Below the pieces are notes generated by a model. It ran no database searches. It was not told the DNA's origin and was given only the letters and a program-made list of their open reading frames with translations. The translations under genes were made by a program, and so were the position numbers. From Tubiluchus corallicola (Eukaryota; Animalia; Priapulida): DNA of 64,000 nt. The number at the start of each line of letters is the position of its first letter. Position 1 is the first letter of the stretch. Positions 1-26,003 of this stretch are shown piece by piece. Where the stretch lies: positions 470,043 through 534,042 of the forward strand of contig JAQGDQ010000133.1 of NCBI GenBank assembly GCA_030141605.1, in the 5' to 3' direction.

Positions 1-249
1 CTTATGTTTATTTATCTTATCATACACCAGATGACTATGACGATTTTTGAGAAGTTTATGGTAGCTAGATGCTTATATACAAACACTCTATATATACAAC
101 ACGAATGTTGCTTGCGCAGTTCGTGAGTTTAATGTTGATTTTACCTGTGAATTTGCTTATTTATGCTTTATATACGAAGGTAATGAATACTTAATTTCTA
201 AAAAGTTGTAGCTTGATGCTGACACATTTATCTACTCACAATGAAATGT

Positions 250-870
250 GATCACTTATAGGTAATCTCTGATCATCAAATCAAGATTTAAAAAACAACA
301 TGCGACTGGGATTGTATTTATATACACTTGGGTAAATTTTGCACAACTGTAAGAACAACAGTAACCCAGTATATGCATGTTTAGGTGACAACAATGAAGC
401 GTTTGATTGCGTGAACCATCATAAACTTTTTGATAAGCTTCTAAATAAAGGTTTGCCACTTGCGTTATTCAGACGCAAAAGTTCTGATACTCCAATCAGC
501 GTATGAAAATAGGTTGGGGTGGAACTTATTCTGATGTGTTAGCAATTGTGTACGTCGCGGGGGTTTACCACCCCTACTTCTTGGATGACTTGTCTAAACA
601 ATTATCTAAATTCGTGTCAGCTACTTGTCGTATTGACAAAATCTCAATAGATAACTTACTTTAAGCTGGTGACTTTCGCCTTGTGCTCACATGATTAGTG
701 ATCTACAAAACCGTATTGTGTTAAGAATAACAGAGATTTTGACATTTAATCATTAGAAAACCAAATGCATTTATTTTCCTAATTATTCAAAAGTTGCATT
801 TCGCACGATTTCGTGTAGGCCTGCAACACAGATACTTAGATAGTTATCTACGTTTATGACGCATTGGTAC
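250..870 (+). mobile_element. Degenerate LINE reverse transcriptase fragment
   Basis: Broken translation SDHQ...NPVYACL...AFDCVNHHKL...KLLNKGLP...NQRMKIGWGGTYSDV...CVRRGG resembles non-LTR RT subdomains; many indels. Boundaries approximate. Confidence 0.65.
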
Positions 871-1188
871 GGGTGTTACATGGGTTTCACCCTATATGAG
901 TAATCTAAACTAACATTCTATTGTATTATATTTGTAACATTTTTAACTGTTTTTGTATCTCACTTTCAACGGTTATCAATGTCACGTCGCTATAGTTTTG
1001 TACTGCACTATGTGAAATGTAAATAGTCCTTTTTAACTTAATAAATAAACAACAAGAAATACTAAAAATAAATAACGTAAGCTTTATTAAAAAGTTCAAA
1101 CTTGTGAATTTAGGAGCAATTGTATAAGGCACGAAATAACGTAAAACAATTCAGATTTAACCATTTGCGCTTCATTTTCTTGTTTCAG

Positions 1189-12652
<11,464 letters not shown>

Positions 12653-12866
12653 GTAAGTTAGTGCCTTTTAATTCTTAATGAGCTTATAATTTATGTTTAA
12701 TATTATACAGAGAAGATAGGCCATTTTTACTCATACAGATATTTTTTAATTCAATTTGGTACGAATTATTTTAAATGAATTAACTATGCGCATCATGTAA
12801 TCAATAAGCACAACAAATTGTTTAACATTAAGTCTGGGCTTATGCTATGCTGTAATTAAGTGCACT

Positions 12867-13560
12867 TGTTGTAGTGGTCAGTGACATAGGATACCCCATT
12901 CCCTAGAATCAATGTTAATAGATGCGTCAGAGCAATGAACCGTTGGGGTCTTTTCCTTACTTCCTGGAAAGAGTAATGACCAGCTGCACACAGTACTTAG
13001 AAACAGTTATATCGGAATAACGCGCTGTGCTTACCGGAAACAGCAATCACCCCCTGTGCTCACTTTCTGGAAGTAGCAGAGGTTTTTGGAAGCAGCACGT
13101 CAGGGCAATGAGCCGCCGAGGTTATTTCCTCACTTCTTAGAAAACAGCCTAGCAGCTGCATAGTCCCGACCACACAGACAATCAGCAAACAGCACCACTG
13201 ACCAATGAGAATCAAGCTGGCCACAGTCACTAGGAGACAGTTCCAATATAGAACTCATGTCAGGGATAAAAATAGATATTAACATCCAACTAGCAAGCCA
13301 GCAGAGGACCGTTACCACGTGACAAGTCAGCAGAAGCTGATTCTCTGCTCATTCTAAGAATAGAGGTGATGTCACAGCTAAAAATAACGTGCTCACTAAG
13401 CTATATATATAAACAGCTGCAGAAAGCTGCAGTGAGGAGAAGGATTATGTGCTCAACTTATGTGTATTTGTTCTTGTCATAGAAGATTGCTTCTCAGTGG
13501 TAATTGAGGATTTCATGAACTTTTATTTATTCCATCAACTAGCGAAAGACTAATACGCTT
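12867..13560 (+). mobile_element. Putative solo-LTR-like segment
   Basis: Higher GC than flanks, ~50-bp internal direct repeat (12924-12973 vs 13097-13147), TATA-like TATATATATAAA near 13402. No TSD found; ends uncertain. Confidence 0.35.
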
Positions 13561-15590
13561 ATAATGAAAGAGTCTTTTATTAAATGTTACTTGATAATGA
13601 CAGATCAGTATAGGTGTATGAGGCAGGGAGTTTAGGGGGCGGCAACCTTTCCAGGGCAAATGAATTATACATTTTCAGAACAAAAAAATAATTATGCTTT
13701 AAAATTGCAAAATTTAAGATTTCAATAACCAAACATTGCTTATGTACTGCACCACTTTTTACTAGCATCAAAAAGTGTTTTCTGTGCTGCGAATTCGAAT
13801 TATTTTTAGCTTTTAAGAATTTTGAAGTGAATAATAGTGGTTGCTAAACCACTATCCTTAGAACACTTTTTAAGTACATGCTCATCGATATACTCAATCA
13901 AGTAATCAAGGTTATAGACATGATAAAGTTGTAGGCCAAAAGGAAAGCATATTGCCTCACTAATATTTCTTTTGAATTATTCAGACGTATTGAAAATGTA
14001 TATCTGAAAGTTTCGTATGTTTTGCTCAGTGAAAACACAAACCTCGGCTTTTGTCTTGTTAGAGTCATGATGTTTTGGTAAAGGCCATAATTTGGATTTC
14101 TTGCATTTGTGTATTAGTACTATTGCGTTATATTCAGCACAAATACGAATAATTATAAATACGTATAAACATAGGCCTAAGTATAAATGTTTTGTTTTTA
14201 GACTCTTTTGTTGGTCTATATCCTCTAGCTCTTTATCTAATTATCTTGCTCTTCGTTGGCGTTTATTAGGAATCACTCAGAGTACGGCAATTTCATGGCA
14301 AATTCTTTCTGCTTCCCCACCCCCTTGTGAAACTTCCTATGCGGGTCACCTACTAACCTTCATTGTTGTAATGTTAATTACTGGAAACTCAGTTGATACA
14401 TTTTCTCACTATCAAGGTGATCCTGTAAGTCTAAGACGAAACGCTGAACTGGTAAAGATGTCTTAGCTACATTTAGATTCATGTACATCCTCATTTAACG
14501 AGACAAATTAAAACAGCCGTGAAAGTGTAGGAATCTTCATGAACTGTAAAAATCATTTTTCATAGTCAGCCTCTGTGTCGTAATTATAGTTCACAGAATG
14601 ACATTAATTATTTGTAATTTTGCCTGCAAGCGTTCGCAAATGCACGACGCAATGACTGCAATTAGTTTTGTTCGCTGCCAGTGTCTGATTTCTGATAATG
14701 AGAATGAGGTAGCGTTATTTTTATTTTTCACAAATAGCTTTCTGCGCGTCTTTTCCTATTAATAGTTTATAAATCCCATGTATTCTGATTTTTTTTATTT
14801 TTTCATTTTTTATGCAGCATCTTTTTGCCGAAAAAAGACTTGTTGAATTGAATACAGGCCTAGGGATGCCTTGCCCTAGTCAAGTGCAGTACGATAGGTG
14901 TAATCATTTAGAACGTGAAGAAACACGCAGTTTTTGGCGCTTACTCATTTGTTTACTAATTAAGCCAAGGAGGGAGCAATACAAGGTAATTGCGGTCCCA
15001 ACGGGTGCTTTCGCAAACATCTCGCTCACCTACCAATTTATAAGGAGAAATGGGTGTTGAGAAATGGAAAATAAATCTAGGCCAACTTTTTCATTGCTGT
15101 AGCTAATGTAATAATTTTCATAACAAACAAAACAATCGAAAAAATAACTTGGGTAGTTTTGTTCAGTCGACTAGTCCGGAATATGAAGCATTGGGTTATT
15201 TAAGCAACACGCTATCTTTCGTCAGTTAGTTTCTTATGTCATTCAACAACTTTTCTGCAGTAGTGTTTTATTGTGATGTCACAGTATAAAAAACCACCCA
15301 CACGACTCACCCAATGCCACAAAACAGCAGCAACAACAACGACAAAAACAACAGCAAGAGCAACGGCAGTAGAAGCAGCAGTAGCAGAAGCAACAACAAC
15401 AACAATATTTTGTTCGTATTAGCGTGAAATGGCAAACGCTAATAAATGTATCCAATGGTGATCAATAATGTGCGAACATTCTACATAGTCTTTACTTGCT
15501 GCTCCTGAAATGATGATAATAAGAAAAGTGTGCAGATTGTAGATACGCGTTTACAGTTGGTATAGAATCCAAACTTTGTGAAACTGTTAC

Positions 15591-15635
<45 letters not shown>

Positions 15636-15654
15636 TGCGTGTGTGTGTGTGTGT
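15591..15654 (+). repeat. (GT)n/(GCGT)n microsatellite
   Basis: Directly visible. Confidence 0.95.
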
Positions 15655-16029
15655 TAGCAGGTTTTACGCTTATTAATGTATGTGGTACTTGTTTATCTGT
15701 AAATAATGTACAAATTTTCCTTGTGTGATTTCTTTTATATTTATTTTTACTATTTTTATATATTTATTTTATATCTAAAATATTTTTTATATTTTTTTAC
15801 CTAGTTTTTAGAAAACTTTTAGCAAATTTTATGGCCAATAATTACGCAAATTTTTACTATGTACAATAATTACTGACCGTAAAATTTGTTAAGGCTTTCG
15901 CCACCAAACCTCTAACATACAACATGAAACGAGGTAAAATCTATAAAAAATATTTTAGATATAGAATGAATATATAAAAATAGTAAAAATAAATGTCTAA
16001 AATTTAACACTAAAAACAATAGTAATATG

Positions 16030-19000
16030 TATGGGGAATTGCCGTTCCAAAACATTGACGACAACGAGTTTTGTTTTTACGCAATGATACTGAGTTAACA
16101 TCTAGCGTGTTAGAATATATAAAAGATGCAAGCAGATTAGTTTTGAAACGTTCGCTGTATACTGAATATAAAAAGTGTGATTTTCAAAAAGATATCGACC
16201 CCGATGATAATGTGTATAATGACAGATTTAATAACTGTTAGTATTATATGGAAGAACAAATAAAAAAAACGTGATTACAGGTGGTAATTTTTTCACTTGT
16301 CCACTTTAACAGTCGGAGCTTAAAGTCAAATTTCGACCAAATCTGCGACTCTCTAAACAGAATGAAAAATAAGATTCAAATTATCAAGTATCTGAGACTT
16401 TGTTTGACTCAAGTATAAATAGTAACGCGGAATTTCAAATTGATGGATATGATATTAGCTATATATGCAGAACAACAAAAGAGCTGGCGGTGTAGCATTG
16501 TGTATAGAAAAATCTTTAAATTACATACTTATTAAAAACATGTCGTTTTCTAATGGAATGTTTAACACTAGAAGTAATTTTGGAAAAAAGTAACATTAGT
16601 GCGTCTTGTGTATATAGAACTCCCGGGCCAAAAATTGAATTTCTTAAAGAAACCTTTGATAAAATGCTGAGTTTGTCAAAAGAAAGAAAACGAATAGTAT
16701 CTGCGGTGATTTCAATCTTGACCTGCTATTCTATCACAACTATTGTCCTACGACTAATTTCATTGATACTATGTTTAGTATATGTATCCAATAATTAATA
16801 AACCATCCCGTATTCCTGTTCATAGTGCAACCATAATTGATAATATTTTTAATAATATCCTAGATGTTGAAATTACTTGTGGGCTCTTGATTAATGATGT
16901 TAGCGACTACCTGCCAATACTTCTCACGATGCATTGTTCTGATACAATTGCAAAGGACACTACTAACTCTTTCAAACTGGTGCGCAGAACAAATGACACC
17001 CAGGTGGAAAATTTTAAACGTGATTTAATGGCGCAAAGTTGAGAAAATGTGTACATTTGTGAATTTAACAATGCTTGTGAAAACTTTGTAAACACATTCG
17101 GTACATTGTACGATAAACACTGCCCCGTTAAGAAAATAACAAAAGTAACAGGTTTCGCTGATTAAACCCTGCATTACTAAAGGACTGTAAAAAGAAAAAC
17201 CGCTTGTATAAAAATTTCTTAAAACATAGGACAAAAATGGCCGAAAATAAATGTAAGCTTTATAAAAATAATTTAACAAAAATTATGAGATACAGTGAAA
17301 AACTTTATTGCAGTACTTTACTGAAACAAATAAGAACAATGTAAAAGAACCCTGAAAAATCTTAAATACGGTAATAAAAAAGAAGCAAACAAGCTCATGT
17401 TATCCGGAGTCTTTTGAACATAAAAGTGAAATAGTAAAAGATAAGAATGAATTTGTTAATAAATTCAATGATTTTTTTGTAAATATAGGGCCAAAGCTTG
17501 CAGCAAATATTGAAGTCCCATAAAACGGTGTTACTATGCGTGACTACCTCGGCATTCACTATGAAAATACTGTTTTAAAATGACGTTGACGAGTCAGAAA
17601 TTATAGAGGCAGTTCAAATCCTTTAAAAGCAAGAAATCAAAAATGTTCACAATATTGATATGTCAGTTGTTAAAAATATGCCTTCGGCATGCATTTGCAA
17701 CTTTTCTCATGATAGCACAAAATTTCCAAATTCAATGAAGATTGCAAAAGTAATCCCCATTTTTAAAGATGGAAAAAGAAACCAATTCACAAATTATAGA
17801 CCTGTGTCTCTGTTGCCATAGTTCTCAAAAATTTTAGAGAAACATTTTGCGTTACGTCTCGAGAAATTTATTGAAAAGTTCAATATCTTGAACGATTGCC
17901 AATACGGATTCAGACCCCAGCGCTCAACTGATTTGGATCTTAGAGAACTGGTAGAGGAAATCACTTCTGCAATCAACAAAAAGAAACATACAATTGGTGT
18001 GTGTGTTTGAAATTTGTGGTATAAGAGAAATAGCAGGGAAATGTCTAAAAAGTTATTTGAAACAGTTCGACAAAATGGAAGAATTTGAATCAGAAAAATG
18101 ACAATGAAATGTGACGCGCTGCAAGGCTCGATATTAGGGCCGGCCTTATTCCTCTTGGACATAAATGTGTCTGAGATTTTTCAATATTGTTTGCTGAGGA
18201 CACCAATATGTTCTGTTCTGAGTATGACATAAAGGAACTATGTGATATTATAAGTAACGAATTAGCCAAATTAAATGTCTGATTTGCAATGAATAAATTA
18301 TCTCTAAATCTCTCAAAAACAAATTTTACGATAGTTACTAACGCTTATATTAGCATTAGCACAAGTCAAAACAGTATGAAAAGGATCTATGTAGCAAAAT
18401 TTTTGGGAGTTTTAATTGAAGACAAGATTTCTTAACATGTCAATCTGTCAAGTCTAAACTTTCCAAAAAATGTAGCTATTATGTACAAAGTTAACTATAT
18501 CTCAGACGAAAATTCTCTAAAAAATCTTTACTCTGCTCACAAATTACCATATTTGTACTACTGTTATTGAAGTATGGAGTAGTGCTTGTAAAAGTAGTGT
18601 TAATTCAGTGTTTTTAATGCAGAAAAAGCAAAGGTCGTTCAAGAGACCACACACACACACGAACTGCTCCATAATTTAAAACTATTTAAATTAGTTGACT
18701 TATTAAATTTAAAAATTATGTTACTATTACATGTTGTCAATAAAAGTCATTTATCTGGAAATTTACAAAAGAGATTTTCGTGTATTAATAATCCAATTAA
18801 AATCACAAGGCAATTGCAAAATACCACTGGCAAGAACCACTTTGAAAATAATGAGTCTGTAATTTCGTGGTGCTAAGTTATGGAACGAACTAGATGAAGA
18901 TTTAAAAAATTGTTTTAGTTTGTACATTTTTAAAAAGCGGGTCAGAAAAAGAAAATGTTAGAGAAATATAGATACTTGATGACGATTTATGCACATTATA

Positions 19001-19050
19001 TAATTTAAATATCTTTTGAAATGTGCATTTACTGTATTTTAAACATGTTT
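16030..19050 (+). mobile_element. Degenerate CR1/L2-group LINE ORF2 (APE endonuclease + RT)
   Basis: HFNSRSL, CVYRTPG, CGDFNLDL, PIINKPSRI..SATIIDNIF, SDYLP, KIAKVIPIFK, NYRPVSLL, QYGFRP, QGSILGPALF, NKLSLNLSKT; many stops and frameshifts. Confidence 0.92.
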
Positions 19051-20399
19051 AAAATGAACGGGTTTATAATGTTATTCCTAAACGAGAACGTGTATTTTCC
19101 AAAATAATTCGTAATGTGCCTCTTACAGAAGACGATAGGTACCATTGTGGCGGTAACTACCCACTCATTGTCATTGACAACAACTAGTCTGACATCAACG
19201 AGTTGCTACAAAATATGGCAATATTTGCAATGAAAATGTAACTCACTTTTAGTACAAAAGAGATTAGTACAGCCATTGTATCTGAAACTGATAAATGCTT
19301 CTGTAAGCCTTTAGACTCAGCTAGTTTAGCCATAGAGTACCCGTCAGCGAGTGTTCCCTGCCGATGGTCAGCTGAACAAACAGGGTAGATAATACGAGTA
19401 GTTCTGATTCCGAGTATTGAGATAAAAGCAGAAGCCATTAAACTTATAAAACTGATGCAGAAAAATGCAGTCTGTACTCGAAATCTTGAGAACAGATTTT
19501 CTGATGACAAAAAATCAAGAACGTCAAAAAAGGCAATTGAAAATTTGACACAGAAGATTGCAAACCTAAAATCTTACAACACTGCAGCAAACAAAGATGA
19601 AAAGGTTTAATACGCAATCTATGTAATACGTTAAGTTGCAGAAAAATAACTGAAAAAAGCTCTGGAAGTACAGCAAAACAAGCAAACGAGCACGTTGGCC
19701 TATACCGCATTGTTTGGAACGTACAATATTAATAGAAAACATCGAAAAGAACTTTGTCAACACCAGTGTAAATATTAAAATAAACTTGCGCACTCATTTT
19801 CTCACAACAAAAATAAAATCGACAGACAGTACGGCGACTGGTTAATATCCAAGTTCAACTTTCTAATAAACAAGCAGCTAACGAAATATTAGGCAAGTGG
19901 AAACCGGAAATGCTGAGAGGTGGCACAGAAATTCCAAGGCCCATAATTCCTCGCACAGGCCATATAACAGACCTCGTCACGAACATCAGTGAAAGAGATG
20001 TAATGTGTTAAGTTGCTGAAACATACCATGAAGAAACAAAATTAGAAAGTTTTAAAAACGGATATCGAATTCAGAAGTCAAAGTTGTGGTTCAAAATAAC
20101 GAAGATTTAATGAACGATATTGACCTCAAATAGCTAGCGTCATCAAAGTTTATGTAAACAGTACGTATGCACAGTTAAGATAAGTGAGTTATGCAAATTC
20201 GTGCAGTTTAGGTATACAAAATTTCTTTGGTTGTAACGAGTCGATGAGCACGCTTCTGATATTTGCCTCCAATATTTGTGCTTTTTTATGATCCAATACA
20301 TGAAGTGTATAAATGAAGGTGCGGAGAATGAATTACAGTATTGACTTGTTTAATTACGTTGAATATAAACAGTATGAACCAATCTGTAGTTTAGGGGAA

Positions 20400-20800
20400 A
20401 CATAGATTTTGTTTGCCACATAACTTACTCAGAAATGAATAATGTCGTCTCACAGCTCTGATCTAATAAAAGTCCGTGATTAGATGGTATCTTCGCGGAA
20501 CATTATAAAAGCGCAACAGACAAGTGCGCTACGCTTTTATCCTTGTGTTTTAGCGCTTTTATTATACACGATTTTTTAATATTTGTCAACAAATGATAAC
20601 CGTGACGACTGTGATATGATAATCCAGAAAGATAAATTGTATGCTCGCATTAATTTGCTCTTATCGCTCTCTCTCTCTCTGCTTGCAGTCTAGTAGTAAA
20701 AAGATCACTTTTTAAAGCATTTGTATTAAATATTCACGGTTTGTCACTTCAAGGACGATTTTTAACTACAATCTAACAAACATCACATCTGCATTTGATA
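20400..20800 (+). mobile_element. Highly decayed LINE RT remnants
   Basis: NKSP*LDGIFAEHYKSA...LLSLCFSAFIIH and KLYARINLL...VKRSLFKAF; looks like the same type as 250-870. Confidence 0.55.
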
Positions 20801-23800
20801 AAGGATTGGCCAAATTTTTCAGCGTTGAATATTCCTACATTGTAAGCAGCCTTATTAAGAATATTCTAACTTTAATTTCAGTTCAGTTCTTCTTTAATGG
20901 TAAAATATGCTACAAAAATCAAGCACCCAAAATTTGCACACTACATGTATTTACAGATAAGCAACTACCACTTAAAGAAATTAATGAGCTTGAAAACCAT
21001 ACACGCGCGCGCGCGCTCCCACGCACGTGCTACTCTCACTCATACGTTGGCTTGCGTTCCAGTACAGAATATTAAGCAATGGTCACATGCTTTAATGACA
21101 TCTATGGGAGAAACAAACGTAGGCGTCTTTCTGCGTTTGTACGCAATAACTCTTTGAATATATATGTGCACAACTCAGTGCGTGAGATTACTTGAAGCCA
21201 AATTGAGTCTGAAGAATCGAAATGTCACGGTACTGTTGAACGTTCGAAAGCCTTACTAAGAGAAAGCTATAGGACGGTTATTTTCGCATTCAGTAACAGC
21301 TATCGCTTTATTTTTAATCATAAATAACACATATCTCTTTTACTATTAGACTCACCCAAAAGTCAAGTGGTAACAATACATATACATTATATATATATAT
21401 ATATATATTATGATTTCCGTAAAGTAAGTGCTCAGACGAAAATTTATCAAAATTATCAAAACTTTAAAGGACCCGAAGATTTTTGTTTTTTCTTAATTTT
21501 AATTGCATCAGTCCCTTTGTTGATCGCGATTATCCAACGGGTTTCTTGGAAAATATCAGAATTGGACAATAAATCAGTTGGTTAGCTTGCGGTTAGTAAT
21601 ACGATTTTGTCCAAAATTTGTAAGATGACTCATGCTGTAAGCTGCAATATTGTTGTGTCTAATTTGATTTTCTCGAAATGTTGTATGAGCAAGTCACTAT
21701 TCAACAAGGTTTTCAAAATTACGCAAATTACAAAAAGCCTTTAGTTAGAGCCATCATAATGTTTGCGCCTTTTACGAACTTGCTGCTTCTATTGAACAAT
21801 TTGGTTTTTAAATTGTATTTCTGAAATTAATAGTATTAAAGGTAAGCTTATACATATATAGGTTTCATGTTAATTTGTCACAATCATCATCACCAAATTA
21901 TTGCGTGCAAAGTCTTGACATTATTAGCCATGTTTACTCGGGTAAAATATCCGTATCGTCCCGTGAAAGTCTGTACTAATTTTCGCAAATTTTCTATTGA
22001 ATATCGTAGGAACGAAATAATACCGGAACTAAATCTTACTTCCGTTTCTAAATTTAAAGACAAGTTCAAAAACGTTACTTCTTAACCTTTATGTACGGCA
22101 GTTGTGTGCAGTAACGTCTGTTATGATTTTATTTTTATTCTGGTTTTAATCAGGCATTTTATTAGATAGTGTTTCATTTTTCGTTTATCATAAAATTTCA
22201 GGCTAGTTGTTGATAATGTTTATTTGGTTGCCCAATAATTAGCAGTTAGGTGCCTCTCAAGCCTCCTACATTTGTAATTATTAGAGTATTTAATTCTATT
22301 TTATTTCGTGTTTCTAAAATTTTAGGAAAGAAGTCTTGCGAGTCACGACTCATGTTTTTCAATCCATTTTAAAGTAAAATTTATCTATTTATAATAATGG
22401 CAGAGTCAGTCTGTGACAGGAGTGATTGTCGACATCTAAGTGACGAGATTTAAAAACTGTCCACGCAATTTAATTTAGGCTTTCCGTCTATTCAAGCACT
22501 GCGCTGAACGAAATTACTATCTGGAAAAACCGATGTCACCTGCCAGTTAGGTCTGTGAAATGAAGGATCAGTTAACTTACGTAACTGCTTTTCCATTTGA
22601 CAACAATAAATTTTTGGAAGTATTCCAATGTCATATCGTAAACTATCAGATTTCGTGTTTCTTTCAGATTTACCAAAGCGCATTTAGTTGCCTAATTAAA
22701 GAACTGTAGAGAATTGTTTTAGATGGCTTTTCAGAACTTGTAATAATGGCGAGAGAATTGCTAAGTGGTTATGATATGTACTTAGGGAACGAAGTCAAGC
22801 AACGCTTACTTTGTTAGTAAATGTTGTCTGTTTTGCCTGTTGATCTCGTTTAACTTACGGAGGAGGATATGTACATGTATATATATTTGGTTGAGCTCTA
22901 ATCTTAAATGATTACCCTTGATAATGAGCCGAGTTACGATCCTGTCCAACCATCAATATAATAACTGTACTCTACGGTTCAATGTTGAGATAGACTGCGA
23001 TTTGTAAAAGGTAGCAAAAGGGTACCCCAGTTTTTGCAATAAGGCCTCTCTCTCTTGCAAGTTATCAGCTTCCCACTTTTTTAAAACCTCAGCTGCTTAC
23101 ATACACTATAATGGCAGAATACGGGTGAAAACGTGAAGCCATTGATTTGATAACAGATTCGAGGTTATAGTAATGCAAATGCTATATGGTAATGCCAACG
23201 CTAACAATAATAGTAAAATAATGATAATGATAAAAACAATAATTCTTTATTTGAGAAAACTATTTACATTCACTCTATCTGTAGGGAAGATTTTAACAGA
23301 AACGCATTTAATACTCTATTAATTACATCAAAATTCGAAATGTACGGCTTACTTAATGATCAGAAGTTGCTACACTGCTGTCGTTGCCCCACCCTACTCA
23401 CCAAAATGTTAATTATAGCCTTTATTTAGGAAAAGGTAGTAAAGTGTCTTATGACTGTCCTCTTTACTCACATTCTTGTATAATTATGATTTGCAGCATT
23501 TGTTTTTCAACACATTTTAACAATCTTTTTTTTAAATTATTCAACAATAACTATGTGACTGCATAGCAACATGCGTGTAAAATAAAAGTTCTTTTTACTT
23601 ACCCCATGTGGTTAGCAGCGTGTAATGTGCCGAAGTGTATAAAAATATATCATATTCAGCAACAGCACCATTCAAGCCACTTTGAAATTTTTTAGCCCTT
23701 CTTGACATAAGAGGACAGCTTTGCTTAGTAATTCTAGCATCGTCAGTATAACCAAGTGGTTACTTGATGTCAGTGAGTGGGTGAATTAACAAAAATTGCT

Positions 23801-24818
23801 TCTGGGTAGTTCCAACTTCGATGCGCATCGTTAAGGGTCAAGTAGATACATCGAAACTTGGCTGAGATATCTATATCAATCAAGTTCTCATCTTGTAATA
23901 ATTATCCTCAGTAGTGAGCTAAATTTTTGTCCATTTACAACCGTCTACATTTAGTTGAAGCTTCTAGATACTGGCTTGTAGAGTGTCGAGCTGAGTAAAA
24001 AAAGGGGGTCCTTACCCATTATATCTTTCCAAATTTCTTCTGGCACATTTTTTCTTGCACCATGTTGTCGTAACTTTATTTATACACTTCAGGTAATATT
24101 TGGATTCATTTTTTGAAAATGATTCATAGATTCGAAGGATAAAATCCATCCCACCTGTGTGATCACATAATTGACCCTGATCACAATGTTTACGATTGAA
24201 GCTAGGTTAGATAAGGTATGATAGATAAAAAAGATCTTTATATAGATTCAATAACTAGAATCAGCCACAGGCTCTTTTACATCCAGGTCGAGCGAAGTTT
24301 TAAATTTTCAGCTACAACTCAATACTACAAAGCTAAGTGAAGTTAAACACATGTAACTTGATGTAAGTTCAATAATAATACGGTCATAGACTTTCTTCAT
24401 CGGTCTTTGCCTGTTGACAAGTGGAGCATCAAAATTATCGAGCATAATAAATCATAATATACTTTGTATATTAGAAGTCGCAGGAATTCGGGATTTTTTT
24501 GGCTATGACTTATGAGAGTCGGGAAAATTCAATAAAAATCCCGATGAATTGTGCAGTATAATGTCTAATGTGATGAAATAGTGTCTGGCAGCTTGTCTAT
24601 CCTCTTGTATACGCATGTGTTACCCGCATCATCCACATGTATAAAAAACCATAAACTGCATGCGACAGTTCAAACGGCGCACTTTACACAACAACCCCTA
24701 TCTACATTCTACAGCCCACCATCTAAATTGTTTTCCGGGTAAATTAAATGGCAGTTGTGGCAAAGTACATTAGAATTTTGAAATGCATTATTCACGTGTG
24801 GGCGGAAGCCATTTCATA

Positions 24819-24821
<3 letters not shown>

Positions 24822-24864
<43 letters not shown>
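24822..24864 (+). repeat. (AG)n microsatellite
   Basis: Directly visible. Confidence 0.95.
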
Positions 24865-24867
<3 letters not shown>

Positions 24868-26003
24868 GCGCTACTTCATGATTACCTGTACTACTGTAGC
24901 ATTAACCATTACTGTACTTCTAACCTAGCATTGTATATATATATATATAGGCCCATAGTGCTCGTGTCCTTCACATACCATAACTTATCAATATAATTTA
25001 TATTTCAGTTAGTACAGAATAACTTCATGGTTAGCTAGTAATAGGTTCAATATTTTCTGTCAAGTAATAGGTAGCAATGGGGTGCACGTAATTTGCTTTA
25101 ATTATAATTTAACTTTAATTATCTCTTATTTGCTCTGTAGTTTAATTATCTCTCATTTTAATTTGCTTTATAGGTTATTACATATTTGTACGGGTTGAGT
25201 TAATTTCTGCAATTTATGTTAGGCTAGTCCCCTTGAGCATTGTAAACTGGGTGGATTATTCCAATATGTGAGTAACTGTACTGAATGAGTGCCATTATAA
25301 TACTGTCCTAAGGGCCTCCTCGGCACGTTCTATACTTATAGGGGAAAAGTGCTAGAAACGTGTAAAATTTAACAGAATTTAACCAGTCAGCCCGTCTTAG
25401 TGTGATTATACCCCTGTTTTGCTTGAAAAAATGTTAAAGAAATTTATCTATAAACACTAAATAGCCTTGGCATTTTGCATGCGGGTTGTATTTTAAACTA
25501 AACTTTACTAAATTAGTTTAAATTACGCTAAAAAACATTTTATTTTGTAAGCCTCACTTTTACAAGTACACAAAAACATATCTACATATAATTTAACATA
25601 CAGATTAGGCCAATCAACAACACAAGACACTATCGTTTTCACAATCAAACATGCAAAACATTAATTTAAACACCTACATTAATAAGGATTGGTTAGAGCA
25701 TGACACGAATTTCTTGACAATCCACTGTTTGCATTCTTTAGAGTTGAAAATTTGTCCCGTTTTCGAACATACTTGGTTTTATCAGAATATAATTTAAAAA
25801 TTTATTTGCGCTTCTGCTTTTAGTTCCTGAAACATTTGATTGTAACTTTTTGTTTCAGTTCTCTGCTTTTTCTTTGATTTTGCTATTTTTGGCAGTAGAT
25901 GCTTGAACAAAGTTCATGTTCACGCAAGCTGTTTTGTCACTACATTACAGAAATAAAATGAAGTTAGAGAACACCTTTCAACAAATAGTTATGCAAAAAG
26001 TAA

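Noticed and set aside
14200-14360. Possible Penelope GIY-YIG C-terminal fragment (LSNY...ISWQIL)
   Set aside because: Resemblance too weak; no GIY/YIG or CxLC motif seen.
23900-24150. Minus-strand KLRQHGARKNVPEEIWKDIMG, MULE-like transposase remnant
   Set aside because: A single short motif amid stops; cannot support without a search.
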